From Chiloscyllium plagiosum (taxonomy: Eukaryota), in the NCBI RefSeq assembly GCF_004010195.1, contig NC_057711.1:81324714-81353561 (forward strand): a DNA stretch of 28,848 nt. Direction: 5' to 3'. Under the pieces are notes generated by a model. It was not told the DNA's origin. It saw only the letters and a list, made by a program, of their open reading frames with translations, and ran no database searches. Positions 11,144-23,699 of the stretch are shown here, piece by piece. Numbering within the stretch: the stretch's first letter is position 1; every line of letters begins with the position of its first letter. A program made the translations under genes and the position numbers.

Positions 11144-11530
11144 GATGAGACATTAAATTGAGGCAGTGCCTGCTCTCTCAGTTGAAGCTAAAAATCCACT
11201 GACACTGTCGACGGAAAGCAGATACATGTGTACAGAATTCTGGTCAATAGTTATCTATTAATATAAGGGAGAAAGTCAACAATAGCATTCAGTCAATTGC
11301 ACTTAGGAGATCCTGCACAGACTGAATGGTTTCCTTCTGTAGTGTAACCAATCTATGACTCTGAATACACATCACTAACACTGATTATCTGATCATTTAT
11401 CTCATTTGAGGGACATCGCTGGGTAAAATTGGCTGCTGTATTCCCCTGTATTATAACACACTGTACTTCAAAATGCCTCTTTGATTATACAGGAGTTTAA
11501 GTCATGAAAGGTGCTACACAAATACATTTT
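11144..11530 (+). mobile_element. SacSINE1/AmnSINE1-like Deu-domain SINE remnant, interrupted at about 11262-11362
   Basis: GATGAGACATTAAATTGAGG…, CATCACTAACACTGATTATCTGATCATT…AAATTGGCTGCTG…ACTTCAAAA…TGAAAGGTGCTA follow the Deu-SINE motif order. Confidence 0.7.
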
Positions 11531-12302
11531 ATTTCTCTCCTGAACTCGTCCATGTCATGCTGAGACATTGTGGGATTCTGAGTCTTGATTTCAGCCTCAG
11601 CTTTTGTGAGTATGGATATAGCATACTGATCCAAAAGACTAGGAATAGGGCATTATCAATGATTGCTGACTCAATTAACACTTCCTTCTCATGCAGGCCA
11701 ACAGTAATTAAATCAGCCAGAACAGCAAAGGGGAGCAGAAAGGCTCAGGGCCAGCTGTTAGGATGTTAATGACCACACTATTGCCTTTTATATCACAATC
11801 ACTATGTTAACTAGAAAATAACTATATCTAAACTTAGCAAATTATTTGCATTTGGAGAAGACAAAATATACTGGGACATTAGAAACGGAAACCAAATCTA
11901 GCATCAGTTTAAAACATAATAAATTGCTTGTTTCATATAAAAACAGTGTTGGGATAGAAACAGTAGACTTAAATTATTCATTAGACATCGTGTTCCAAAA
12001 GATAATGATCTAAACTGACATTTATCCTTGTGTCAAATACCAAAACCAGATTACACATGGTGGCTTAAGCTGAGTCCATTTGATGTTCTGGAGAGTTAGT
12101 TGCACTGGAATTACTCTGGTCAGTTCACTTCATCCATCAGAGTAATGATTGGCAGAAGACCAATGTAAAATCGGAGTAATTAGCTCCAGGGGAAGGCACG
12201 GAAAGTATATGGCAGCATTGAAAAAGACAATTCTGGATAAAACTGTAGCAGCAGCCGAGGGCAGAAGGAGGTATATGAGGTAAATACTTGGCTCAGTAAA
12301 TT

Positions 12303-12434
12303 CCTGAAGAAGGGCGTATGCCCGAAATGTCGATTCTCCTGCTCCTTGGATGCTGCCTGACGTGCTGCGCTTTTTCAGCAACACATTTTTAGCTCTGATC
12401 TCCAGCATCTGCAGTCCTCACTTTCTCCTTTTTC
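12303..12434 (+). mobile_element. Short PLE pLTR insertion beginning at the hammerhead core
   Basis: 11-bp TSD CTCAGTAAATT (12292-12302, 12435-12445). Contains CTGAAGA-A-GGGC GTAT GCCC-GAAA-TGTC. Confidence 0.88.
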
Positions 12435-12599
12435 CTCAGTAAATTAACTGACAATGAACATGTCAAGTGTCCCATGGCTACTTTTATGCCACTTTACCAG
12501 AACATTTAACAGACGAGACACAGTCTGTCCTGGCAGCTGCCTGATATGACCATATGCCTCATTTCCATATTGAATCAGTCTAAAAGAAGAAAGACTGCC

Positions 12600-12690
12600 A
12601 TCCTTACACCTTTCGTAGTCTCAAGATGTTCTAATGTGTTTCACAGCCAACTAAGAACAATTGAAGTGTAGCCATTGTAATAAGGCATCT
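12600..12690 (-). mobile_element. Deu-SINE/L2-type 3' tail remnant
   Basis: CACAGCCAA…TTGAAGTGTAGCCATTGTAAT is the reverse complement of the SacSINE1-like tail. Confidence 0.5.
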
Positions 12691-13599
12691 ATTGTATCCA
12701 TATTAAATCCAGGATAGTTTAAACTTCTAAAGATTAGTCATAGCTTGGATAACATTTGATCAATATCCCTTGTTATTGGTTAGCTTAAACAGCAGATTTT
12801 AATGAGACCACTGGAGGATGTTCAAGAATATTCCGACACTTTTCTGAAATGCCCAATTTCTTGGGGTTGAAAGAAAAAGCAGTGCATCTTCTGGCTCCAC
12901 TAACACCAATGGCACATTCGCCAAGAAACCTCTGACCTACATGTAACTTCTGCTCACCTCACCCATGAGCAATATTAGTACATTGCTGTACATATTTAAA
13001 TTTGTCTTGCTTCAAAAGGTAAGTTACATTGCAATGTTTTATTTGCACTCACAGGGGAACAAGAATTATAATGATGAGGCTCAATGACAAATGTGGGACA
13101 GTTATTGGTCCTTTCTGTTCTGTCAAAATGACATGATGTATTCCATAGAATTGTGCCAGTTCTAGCACTGATGTATTTAGGTCCCAGTTTGTGTCAGGTG
13201 GATGCAGTTTATGCAAAGTTTCCAAGAACAAAAATAGATGTTTTACTGAGATTTCCAGAAATCATTAAGAATCTACCTTGAAGGTATTTAGCCAGTATAT
13301 AAACCTGATGAATTGTTTAGTGAATGAAAACATTCCAACTGATCCCTTCGAGTGACTGATAATTCAGTGAGCACTGGAACAATTATGTTACATTTCCAAA
13401 TTTGAGATAAATCTTTTTAATTCTTCTTTCAAATGTTGCCAAGAAGAGGATCTTATTATTATATCAGAGTAAAATTATAATACTTTTGTATATTTCAGTG
13501 AGGAACATTTTGGTATTGAACTACATTAAATGTGCTGTATAAGTGCAAATTGTTGCTGTTGTTTTAATAATAGTTCAGATTAGTTGTGATTTGATGTTT

Positions 13600-13912
13600 G
13601 ATTAGATTACTTACAGTGTGGAAACAGGCCCTTCGGCCCAACAAGTCCACACCGACCCGCCAAAGCGCAACCCACCCATACCCCTACCTTTACCCCTTTA
13701 ACCTAACACTACGGGCAATTTAGCATGGCCAATTCACCTGACCCGCACATCTTTGGACTGTGGGAGGAAACCGGAGCACCCGGAGGAAACCCACGCAGAC
13801 ACGGGGAGAATGTGCAAACTCCACACAGTCAGTCGCCTGAGTCGGGAATTGAACCCGGGTCTACAGGCGCTGTGAGGCAGCAGTGCTAACCACTGGGCCA
13901 CCGTGCCGCCCC
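13600..13912 (-). mobile_element. Young HE1-type SINE, full length
   Basis: CpG-rich with intact A/B boxes. Direct repeat TTTGATGTTT at 13590-13599 and 13923-13932. Confidence 0.95.
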
Positions 13913-14647
13913 AACTGATCAGTTTGATGTTTTGGTTTGAGTGAAGGTCTCTGTAATCAGCTGACAGTTTCATATCGGTTGAGGAACAATGTACCAATGC
14001 ACATCTACAATAATCATAATTGAACACCTTAACAATAATTCCATCTTTCAGACTATATGTTTCATAATCATGAAACATTAAATATTTGTTTTGCTTTATT
14101 GTGACTTGGAGAAAGTAAAATTTGACACCTTGTTGTGTTTTTTCTTATCTATAGTGATACTTTATTACACAATCTTCTGTATTTCGATTTGTAATAGAGC
14201 TTGTTGTTATTTTCGTCTTGATTAGAAATAAAGTAATTATGGTTAAATGATGAAAACTGAAAATATGGAAGAACCTATTAAATAACTAAATTATTGGCAT
14301 ATTTTTCCCTCTGGTCCATACTTTTCCAGATGGTATCCAGACACAAGTTGGAATTTCAGTATAACGTTAACTCAATCCATCCCAACAGACGAGTGATATT
14401 TACATGCAATCATTAACAACAGATTTATACATCCAAGAGGAGGTCTCACATCAGGAATTTCAAGATTGCAAGGCAAACAATTCAAGATGAAGATACGAGG
14501 CCAACATGAGGTATTAAAGATTGCTGCAGAGTTGTAGAATGACTGTAATTTTTCATATTTCCTCAATCATCACAATACGTTGAAGTTTCATTTTCTTAGG
14601 CAGTGCAAGGCTGGAGATTCTTGTCAACTTGAGATAACAGAAAGAAA

Positions 14648-15078
14648 TAGGGAGAGGTTGAAGAGGCTAAAGCTGTTTTCCCTGCCGCGTCAGAGGCTGA
14701 GGGGTGACCTTATAGAAGTTTATAAAATCATGAGGAGCATGGATAGGCTAAATAGACTACGTCTTCTCCCTAAGATGGGTAGTCCAGAACAAGAATGCAT
14801 AGGTTTAGGGTGAGGGGCAAGATATAAAAAAGAGCTAAGGGGCAACATTTTCACACAGAGGATGGTACGTGTATGGAATGGGCTGCCAGAGGAAGTGGTG
14901 CAGGCTAGTACAATTGCAACATTTAGAGGGCATCTGGATGGGTACATGAATAGGAAGGGTTTAGAGGAATATGGACTGGGTGTTGGCAGGTGGGACTAGA
15001 TTGGGTTAGGGTATCTGGTCGACATGGACGCGTTGCACCGAAGGGTCTGTTTCTGTGCTGTGCATCTCTATGACTCTA
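14648..15078 (+). mobile_element. CR1/HER1 LINE 3' end
   Basis: RERLKRLKLFSL…RLRGDLIEVYKIM and VWNGLPEEVV; tail CTCTATGACTCTA. Confidence 0.92.
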
Positions 15079-15555
15079 AATTGCGCATGAACATGTTAAG
15101 CACTTGTATCTCAGGATAGTACAATCCATTCCAACCATTATTTGGTGGGGATGCAAACATTCTTCAGTGACACAAACCACAATGAGACTAGCACTGTGGC
15201 CAACAGCTCACAATTATATTGTGTCTTCCATGCAGTAAAAGGCTCCCAGAAGCATTACAAAAAGAATAATGAGAAATTAAAACAGGTGACTGTAAGACAT
15301 AAACATGGAGGTCACCATTCAGCCTGTCAATTCTTCTTCACCATTCAATAAGATCATACTGATATGATAGTCCTCAAATCAACTTCCATGCCTATTCTTT
15401 CCCATGCCTCCCTATTTAATTATTCCTATTTCTTACTGATTAAATTAAAGGTACTTAATTCCCCAACCTCTACAGCCCTTTGTGTTAAAGAATTCCACAG
15501 ATTTGCCACCTTCTGGGAGAAGAAAATCCTATTATCTCTGAGATATTGGGATGAG

Positions 15556-15633
15556 AACCTGGTGTTGTGTGACCTATTTTTGTGACATCCTGATGATAGC
15601 ACGTTAATTTCTCTCATCCAAGTCATTAAATGT
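15556..15633 (+). repeat. Diverged ~80-bp copy of 16870-16953 (pLTR/CR1 junction)
   Basis: Manual alignment gives about 10 substitutions, one 7-bp gap and a 1-bp gap. The copy is out of order within the host CR1. Confidence 0.8.
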
Positions 15634-16192
15634 GTGACTTCTTACTATGAGATTTTGCCCTGTAGTCCTAACACATCCAGAAGGGGAAACAAGCTCTCAG
15701 CATTTACTCTCTCAAAGCCCCTAAGAATCTTATATGTTTCAATGAAGTCTCCTCTCATTCTTCTAAACTCCAATGAATAGAGAACCAACCTACTCAACTT
15801 CTCCTCTTTAGAAAATTCCTTCACACCCAGCATCAACCTTCGCTGAACTATCTCCAAAGTCAGTATGTCTTCCTCAGGTTAAGGAGACCAAAGGTGTTTG
15901 TATTATTTTGGCTGTTGTATAATTAGTGCCTTGTGTTGTTTCAGGAAGACTATTTTTATACTCCATTTTCTTTAAAATAAAGGTCGACATTCTATTTGTC
16001 TTCCCTATTACCCACTGAATATGTATGCTAGCTTTTTGCGATTCACATCAGTTCCTTTATGTTGAAGATTTCTACAACCTTTCACCATGTAAATAATGTT
16101 CAGTTCCAAACTTTATATTTTTCTACGTTAGATTCCACCAGCCAAGTGTTTGCCCACTTACTTACCTTATTTATATTCCTCTGTAGACTCTA

Positions 16193-16501
16193 GGGAGATG
16201 CATGAAGCCTCAGTGGTTAGTACTGCTGCCTGGTTAGTACAATGCCAGAGACCTGAGGCAACTGTCTGTGTGGAGTTTACACATTCTCCCTGGGTCTGTG
16301 TGGGTTTCCTCTAGGTGCTCTGGTTTCCTCAGCCCAAAGATGTACAGGTTATGTGGATTGGCTGTGCTAAATTGCCCATAGTGAACAGGAGTAGCCATGG
16401 GAAATGCAGGCTTACAGAGATGGGAGTGAATCTGAGTGGGATGCTGTTCGGAGGGTTACTAGGCTGAATGGTCTGCTTCCACACTGTAGGAATTCTACGA
16501 T
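16193..16501 (+). mobile_element. HE1-type SINE (older)
   Basis: CAGTGGTTAGTACTGCTGCC head, GTGTGGAGTTTACACATTCTCCC core and TTCCACACTGTAGG tail. Confidence 0.85.
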
Positions 16502-16532
16502 CCTCGCCATTTGCCCTTTCACCTACTTTTGC

Positions 16533-16887
16533 ATGATGTAGCAGTGCTGGTGCTGGACTGGGGTGGACAAAGTTATAAATCACACAACACCAGGTTTTAG
16601 TAGGAGAAAGTGAAGACTGCAGATGCTGTAGTACCAGAGTTGAAAAATGTGGTGCTGGAAAAACGCAGCAGGCCAGGCAGCATCTGAGGAGCAGGAGAAT
16701 CGATGTTTCGGGCATAAGCCCTTCTTCAGACATTTTTCAACACCAGGTTTTAGTCCAACAAGTTTATTTGGAAGCACAATCTATCAGAGCACAGCTCCTT
16801 CACCAGGTAGCTACCTGATAAAGAAGCAGAGCTCCAAAAGCTTGTACTTCCAATAAACCTGTTAGACAAAACCTGATACTGTGTGAC
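16533..16887. mobile_element. Second PLE pLTR family (B), fold-back arrangement, interrupted by a family-A pLTR
   Basis: Matches 26762-26880. Inverted arms around 16810 and degenerate CTGATAA-GAAGC AGA GCTCC-AAAAGCT core. Confidence 0.75.
16602..16737 (-). mobile_element. Short PLE pLTR insertion with hammerhead core
   Basis: 17-bp TSD CAACACCAGGTTTTAGT (16585-16601, 16738-16754). Minus strand reads CTGAAGAAGGGCTTATGCCCGAAACATC. Confidence 0.9.
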
Positions 16888-17996
16888 CCATTTTTGTGTC
16901 ATCCGCAAACTTGATAATAGCACAATAACTTCCCTCATCCAAGTCATTAATGTATATTGTGAATAATTGTGACCATAGCACTGGTCCCTGGGAATTCCAT
17001 CTGTTACAAATTTTAATTCCAAAAATGCTCTCCTTACCTAAACTCTCTGTCCTCTATTAATTAACCAAATACCTCTCCATGTTAATATCCGACCTGTGGA
17101 CACTTATCTTACTAAGAAGCCTAACAGCACCTGAACAAATGACTTTCATAAATCCAAATAAGTTATATCAACTGATTCCTCCTAATCTATTCGATTTGTT
17201 ACTTACTCAAATAATTCTAAACAAATTTGTTAGGCATGAACTCCCCTTTGTGAGGTCATGATGACTTTGCTTGATCATATTGTGTATTTATAAATGCTCT
17301 GCTATTACATCATTTATAATAAACTCTAAATTTTACCAGGGACAGATGTTAAGTTAACTGGTCTTCCCTTTTTGACTACGTGTGTTACATCAGCAGTTTT
17401 CCAATCCTCTGTGATCTCAATTCTCAATCTAAGGATTCTTGGAAGCTCACTATAACTGTATTCATTATATCCCTTTAACATCCAAAGATGCAACTCATCA
17501 GATCCAGGGACCTTATCAGTCTTTAGCCCATTAGTTTCTTTCGTACATTTTTTTGGTGATTCCTTCCCATCTTTTCCCACTTGATTAGTTAGTATTTTTG
17601 GAATGCTGTCACAATATTTTCCAATGGCATTTAATGAAAATTACTTATTCAACTTCTCTGCCATTCCCTTGTTGATCATTATTATTTTCTCAGCCTTTTC
17701 TCTAAAGGCCTTATATTTAATTTGGCCCCTCTCTCTTCCTTTTTTTATGTATTTAAAGAATCTCTTACAATCTGTTTTAGATTATTTGCTAGTTTAACCT
17801 CAAAGTTTATTTCTCTCCTTTTATTTCTTTTTGTTATTTTTTGTCGGTTTTTAAAATTTTCCCAATCTTATGCCTTATCACTAATCTTTACCAATTTATA
17901 TGTTTTCATTTTCTCAATTTAATACTATCCTCAATTGCCTTGATTGAGTATGGTTGGTTTATTCTCTGCCTAGAATTCCTCTTTCTCATTATGTTA

Positions 17997-18174
17997 CAGA
18001 GGAACCTCGATTGTCCGAAAATGACATTGGTGGGGAGTATTTTGTTCAAATAACTGAATGTTTGGATAACCAAATGCTGGATAACATAGCTTAGCCAAGT
18101 ATCAGGACCTTACAATCTTATTTGGATAATCCAAAATTCAAATAACCGACATTCGGATAATTGAGTTTCCTCTG
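17997..18174. mobile_element. 178-bp Tigger/pogo-like MITE
   Basis: TA at left and TG at right. TIRs CAGAGGAACCTCGATTGTCCGAA / TTCGGATAATTGAGTTTCCTCTG with internal GGATAA repeats. Confidence 0.85.
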
Positions 18175-18321
18175 TGTATGTTTTATGAGTCATTAACAAT
18201 TTTCTTAAACATCAGTCATTGTTCATCAAATTTTCCAAATCCACTCCAGCCAACTCCGTCCTCATTACTTTATAATTGCTCTTATTTAGGTTTGGCACAA
18301 TTGTTTCTGACTCAAGTTTAT

Positions 18322-21077
18322 CAGTCATGGTTGCAGGATGGTCATAACTTGCAGTTAGCTATCCAGGGGCATCAGACGATTCAGAAGGACAGACAGGGAG
18401 GTAAAGTTAGTGATGTTGCTCTGAAATCTAAGGATAATATCAGGGTGGTGGTGAGAAATATTATAGGCTATAGAGGATAAGGTTGAATCCGTTTGGGTGG
18501 AAATTAGCAATTCTAAGAAGAAAGATATAATCTATAGGCCACCAAATAATAATATCACATTGGAGCGGGCAATAAACAAATAACCAATGCTTGCAAAAAT
18601 GGTGCAGCAATTATGAGGGGGATTTTAATCTACCTGTTGATAGGTCGAACCATGTTGGTCAGGGTAGCCTTGAGGAGGAGTTCTTTGAATGTATCCATGT
18701 TAGCTTTCTTGAACAAGGAACCGACAAGGGAGCAAGCTATCCTAGATCTGGTCCTGTGTAATGAGACAAGAATAATTAATGATGTCAAAGTTAAGGATCA
18801 TCTTGGAACAAGCAATCACAATATCATTGAAATTAGAACACAAGTAGAAAGTGCAAAGATAAAATTCAATCCCAGGACCCTGTGTTAAGACAAGGGAGAC
18901 TACAATAGGATGAAGGAGAAGTTGGCTCGAGTAGATTGGAAGTAAAGACTTTATGGTGGGAAAGTTGACAAACAATGGACGACCATCAAAGCAATTTTTC
19001 AAAGTGCTCAGTAAAACTAAAAGTGAAAAGGAAGGACTGTATGAAAAGGGCTAATCTGCCATGGGTATCGAAGGAAATAAAGAAGGCTATCAAATTGAAA
19101 GAGAAGGCATACAAAGTGGCCAAGATCAGCAGGAACCTAGAAAATTGGGAAAGCTTTAAAGGACAACAGAAAGCTACCAGAAGAACTATAAAGAAAAGTA
19201 AGACAGATTATGAGAAAAAAACTAGCTCAGAATTTAAAGACAGATAGCAAAAGTTTCCATAAATATATAAAAAAGAGTGGCTAAAGTAAACATTTGTCCT
19301 TTAGAGGACAAGAAAGGGGATTTAGTAATAGGATATAAGGAAATGGCCGAGGCATTGAATAGCTATTTTGTGTTAGTCTTCACAGCGGAGGACATGAATA
19401 ACATGAATTGACAAAGAGGTGAAGGTAGGTGAGGACCTGGAAACAATAATTATCATGAAAGAGAGCGAGCTAATGGAGCTAAAGGTAGACAAATCTCCTG
19501 GCCCTGTTGGAATGCATCCCAGCATGCTAAAAGAGATTGCAGGAGAAATAACAAATGCACTTGTGGTAATTTTCCGAAATTCACTGGATTCTGGGGCAGT
19601 TCCAGCAAATTGGAAAATGGCAAATGTAACACCACTGTTTTAAAAAGGGAGGTAAGCAAAAGATGGGGAATTATAAACCAGTTACCTTAACGTTTGTAGT
19701 GGAGAAAATGCTCAAGTCTACTATAAGGGAAGAAAAAGCAAGGCATCTTGATAAAAATTGCCCCTTTGGGCAGATGCAACATGCGTTCATGAAGAGCAGG
19801 TCATGCTTAACTGTGCTTTTGGAATTCTATGAAGACTTTAGAAACACAATGAACAATGAGACCCCGTAGATGTGGTGTACCTAGATTTTCAAAAGGCATT
19901 CAACAAGGTGCCACACAAAAGACTGCTGTGTAAGATAAGGATGCATGGCATTAGGGGTAAAGTATTAACATGGATAGAGGATTAGTTAACCAACAAGAAG
20001 TAAAGAGTGGGCATAAATGAGTGCTATTCTGGTTGACAATCAGTGGCTAATGGAGTGCCTCAGGGATCAGTGTTGGGACCACAATTATTCACAATTTACG
20101 TAGATGATTTGGAGTTGGGGACTAGATGTAGTGTGACAAAGTTTGCAGATAACACTCAGGTGAGTGGTAGAACAAAAGTGTGCAGAGGACTGTGAAATTT
20201 TGCAAAGGGACATAGATAGTTTAAGTGAGTGGGCAAAGATGTGGCAGTTGGAGTACAATGTTAATAAATGTGAAGTCAACCATTTTGGAAGGAGTTACAG
20301 TAAAAAGGACTATTACTTGAATGGTAAGAAATTGCAGCATGCTGCTGTGCAGAGGGACCTGGGTGGTCTTGTGCATGAATCACAGAAGGATGGTGTGCAG
20401 GTACAACAGGTAATTAAGAAGGCAAATGGAATTTTGCCTTTCATTGCTAAAGGGATTGAGTTTAAAAGCAGAGAGATTATGTTGCAGCGGTATTGCGTGC
20501 TGATTTGGCCACATCTGGAGTAATGTGTACAATTTCGGTCTCCTTCCTTGAGAAAGAATGTACTGGCATGAGAGGGGGTGCAATCATTAGGTTGATTCCG
20601 GAGTTGAGGGGGCTGGCTTATAACGAGAGACTGAGTAGACTGGGATTATATTCATTGGAATCTAGAAGAATGAGGGGGATCTTAGAGGAACATATACAAT
20701 TATGAAGGGAATAGATAAGATAGAAGTAGAGAGGGTGTTTCCACTGGCAGGTGAAACCAAGGCAAGAGGGCATAGCCTCACAATTGGTCTGAGCAGATTT
20801 AGGATGAATTGAAAAGGAACCTCTTCACCCAGAGGCTTGTGAATTTATGGAATTCCCTGCCAGGTGAAGTGGTTGAGGCTTTCTCAGTAAATGTTTTTAA
20901 AGCTAAAACAGATCATTTTTTTGAACAGTAAAGGAATTAAGGATTATGGTGAGAGGGTGGATGAGTGGAGCTGAGGCCACAAAAAGATCAGACATGATCT
21001 TATTAAATGGAGGAGCAGGCTCGAAGCACCATATGGCCTACTCCTGCTCCTTGTTCTTACGTCTCATATTCTTATGT
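18322..21077 (+). mobile_element. 5'-truncated CR1 LINE ORF2 (APE endonuclease plus RT) with 3' UTR, pseudogenised
   Basis: IYRPP, ILDLVLCNE, LGTSNHN, KSPGPVGMHP, WKMANVTPLF, NYKPVTLT, YLDFQKAFNKVPH, GVPQGSVLGP and KFADNT, with many stops and frameshifts. Confidence 0.95.
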
Positions 21078-21443
21078 TCCTAAACTGAACATTAGATTTC
21101 ATCATGATACAGCCATGTCTACTTGGGGACCTTTTATTATAAGATCATTTATTATATCTGCCCTTTACACATCATCAGATCCAAAATAGCCTGATCTCCA
21201 CTAGAATTGACAATACCGCATATCATTCTAGGAAACAGTCCCAAATAAACTATGAAGTTTTCCTTGTGGCTATCTCTGCCAACTTGATTTTCCTAATCTA
21301 TATGAAGATTAAACTTATCCCTAATTAATTACATCATTTTTTAACATGATCTTATGGCCTCCTGATTTACTCCCTATCCTAATTAAAGCTACTGTTAGGG
21401 AGCTGATAGATTGCTCCCTCCAGTATTATCTTCCCCCTGTTTT

Positions 21444-21725
21444 TAGATTAGATTCCCTACAGTGTGGAAACAAACTCTTTGGCCCAACCAGTCCACACCG
21501 ACCCTCCGAAGAGTAACCCGTTTCCCTCTGACTAATGCACCTAACACTATGGGCAATTTAGCATGGCCAATTCACCTGACCTGCGCAGCTTTGGACTTTG
21601 GGAGGAAACCCACACAGACGCGGGGTGAATGTGCAAACTCCACACAGACAGTTGCCTGAGGCTGGAATTGAATCTGGGATCTGGTGCTGTGAGGCGGCAG
21701 TGCTAACTACTGAGCCACCATGCCG
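21444..21725 (-). mobile_element. HE1-type SINE
   Basis: TAGATTAGATT tail through GTGCTAACTACTGAGCCACCATGCCG head. Confidence 0.9.
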
Positions 21726-23699
21726 ATATCATTAGCACTTATTCCACTTTGTGTACTAAACGAACAAAGCTACCATACTACTGCCCTATCTGTCCCTTTG
21801 AAAATCCACATGCTGTGGATTATTTCATTCCCAGCTTTGATCCCGTTGTAACCTTGTCTCGATATTGGTTATAAGAACATACATAATAATGTCTATTTGT
21901 GACGTTCATTCATTTATTTTGTTCTGAATACTATCCTTATTTAAATAAAGTGTCATTAATTTTGCTTTTGTAAGATATTTTTCCCTTTTGACCTAATCAT
22001 GGGCATTTTATGTTTGTATAGTATGTTCTAATTAGTTCTAATTAGGGTATTATTATCTGAATAGCTACCCTGCAAAGATGCCATATCCTTTTGTTATGTA
22101 AATCAACGTGTACATTCACTAGATCTTTTTGCCACTCTATTTAGTTTAAAACCTTGTCTGTAGCCCTAGTTATTCAATTCACCAGGTTACTGGTCCCCTG
22201 AAGGTTCAAGTGAACCCACCAAAACAGTTGCCTTCTACTCAAGTATTGTGCCAGTGCCCCATGAACTGATACCTATCTTTGAGCCATGTTAACTTGAGAT
22301 TATTACCTTGATGGTTCTTCTTTTGAATTTAGCTCCTAACTGTTCAAATTATTCAGCAAAACCTCTTTTCTAGTCTTATCAGTGATGATATGGATGGCAA
22401 CAAACCAACCTTTCCACTCTAAGTTCCTCTGAGGAGAGGCCTTTAACCTTAGCACGGGGCAGCCACACAGCCTTTGGGACTCATACTCACCGGTGCTGTG
22501 TCTAATTTCCTAATTGTACCGTCCTCTAAACTCTTATTTCCACTCCCGACTTGAACAGCTCCCTGGACCATGGTGTATGGTCAGGTTACTCATTCTCTGG
22601 CAGTCATCACCCTCTTCCACACAACTTATAAGAACCTCATAACTGTTGGACAATTGCTAGAGGCATTGTTCTTCAAATGTAATCCCAGCTGACCATACCT
22701 GCCCTTTATCCTCCTTCCCCTGATCACAGATCAAATCTGAATTACTTAATTTGAGGAATGTGACTATCTGTGGAGTAATGTGTCCAGGTAACTTTCCTCT
22801 CTTGGATATGGTGCAATGATTACAACTCAGACTCCTTTAACTCACATCAAAGGTCCCTTGAGCTGAAAGCACTTGCTACAGATATGTTCACATTGGATCA
22901 TCTGGGTATCGAGCAGCTGCCACATGACGCAGCAGCAATACATTACCCAACATGCCTTAACTCCCATATTTAATTATTTTAACTTAGTTATTTATTACAC
23001 TGGCATCCCTGCCCTTTTAAACTTGAAGAAGCCATACTCTTAAGACTTGATGATAATGAATGTTTTTGCACCAGTATAATCTTCCACTTCATGGGCTAAT
23101 TTTAAGAAAAAAAGACTAGAGAACTAAACACAAACTAAAGACCTTATGTATTCTTTAATGACGAGAAATACTCATGAATCCTACTTCCAAACAGCTACTT
23201 TCCCTGCATTTGTGAAATGTGGGTTGTTGAAGTCCACTGAGACTGAGTTCATACATTGTTGGTTAAGAAAGGCTAATTTTTAATTGTAATTTGTACAAAC
23301 CTAATGTAGTCGGTAGTTGGCAATAAACTGAACTAAAAGCTTGGTCAAGGAGTTAATCCTTCAAGTTCTTTCTCAAAGTGGGAGCAAAGAATAGAGAGCG
23401 ATATCCATTAATACCAGGCAACTGAAATATAGAACATACCAAGATAGTTTATTCTTTAATATATTTTACCTTTACAAGGTACAAGAAGTAGTCCAAAGTA
23501 ATGAACTCTCAAAAATTACAGATTATGGACAGCCATGTTATAACAAGCTCTACTTACTTAGCATTTTTCAGATCTAAAAACAGAGGAAAGACAACGGTTT
23601 TTGATCACCCTTCAACTAAGTAAACAAACTTTTAATGATTGTTCTCGACCCTAAAATCAGAGCAACTTTGTTCCTATAAAGGTAACCCATTGCAATATT

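Larger units (their letters stand above)
15293..22960 (-). mobile_element. Old, near full-length CR1 LINE (ORF1 zinc finger to 3' tail) split by several younger insertions
   Basis: ORF1 N-terminal VMYCCCVMWQ…HICSKCFQL at about 22860-22950. ORF2 motifs DKVPGSDELH, EDWKTADVT, GIPRDQCYG, RRMRGDFIETYKIL and VANLWNSLTQRAVE occur in order. Confidence 0.8.

Noticed and set aside
13840..13912. tRNA-like A/B boxes, also at the other HE1 heads
   Set aside because: These are SINE heads that continue into the HE1 body and tail, not tRNA genes.
14330..14510. Open frame with a single in-frame TGA (selenoprotein idea)
   Set aside because: No selenoprotein-like motif or SECIS is recognisable; one stop in 60 codons is expected by chance.
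18322..21077. Active LINE ORF2
   Set aside because: Numerous stops and frameshifts, the catalytic FADD motif reads FADN, and the element is 5'-truncated.
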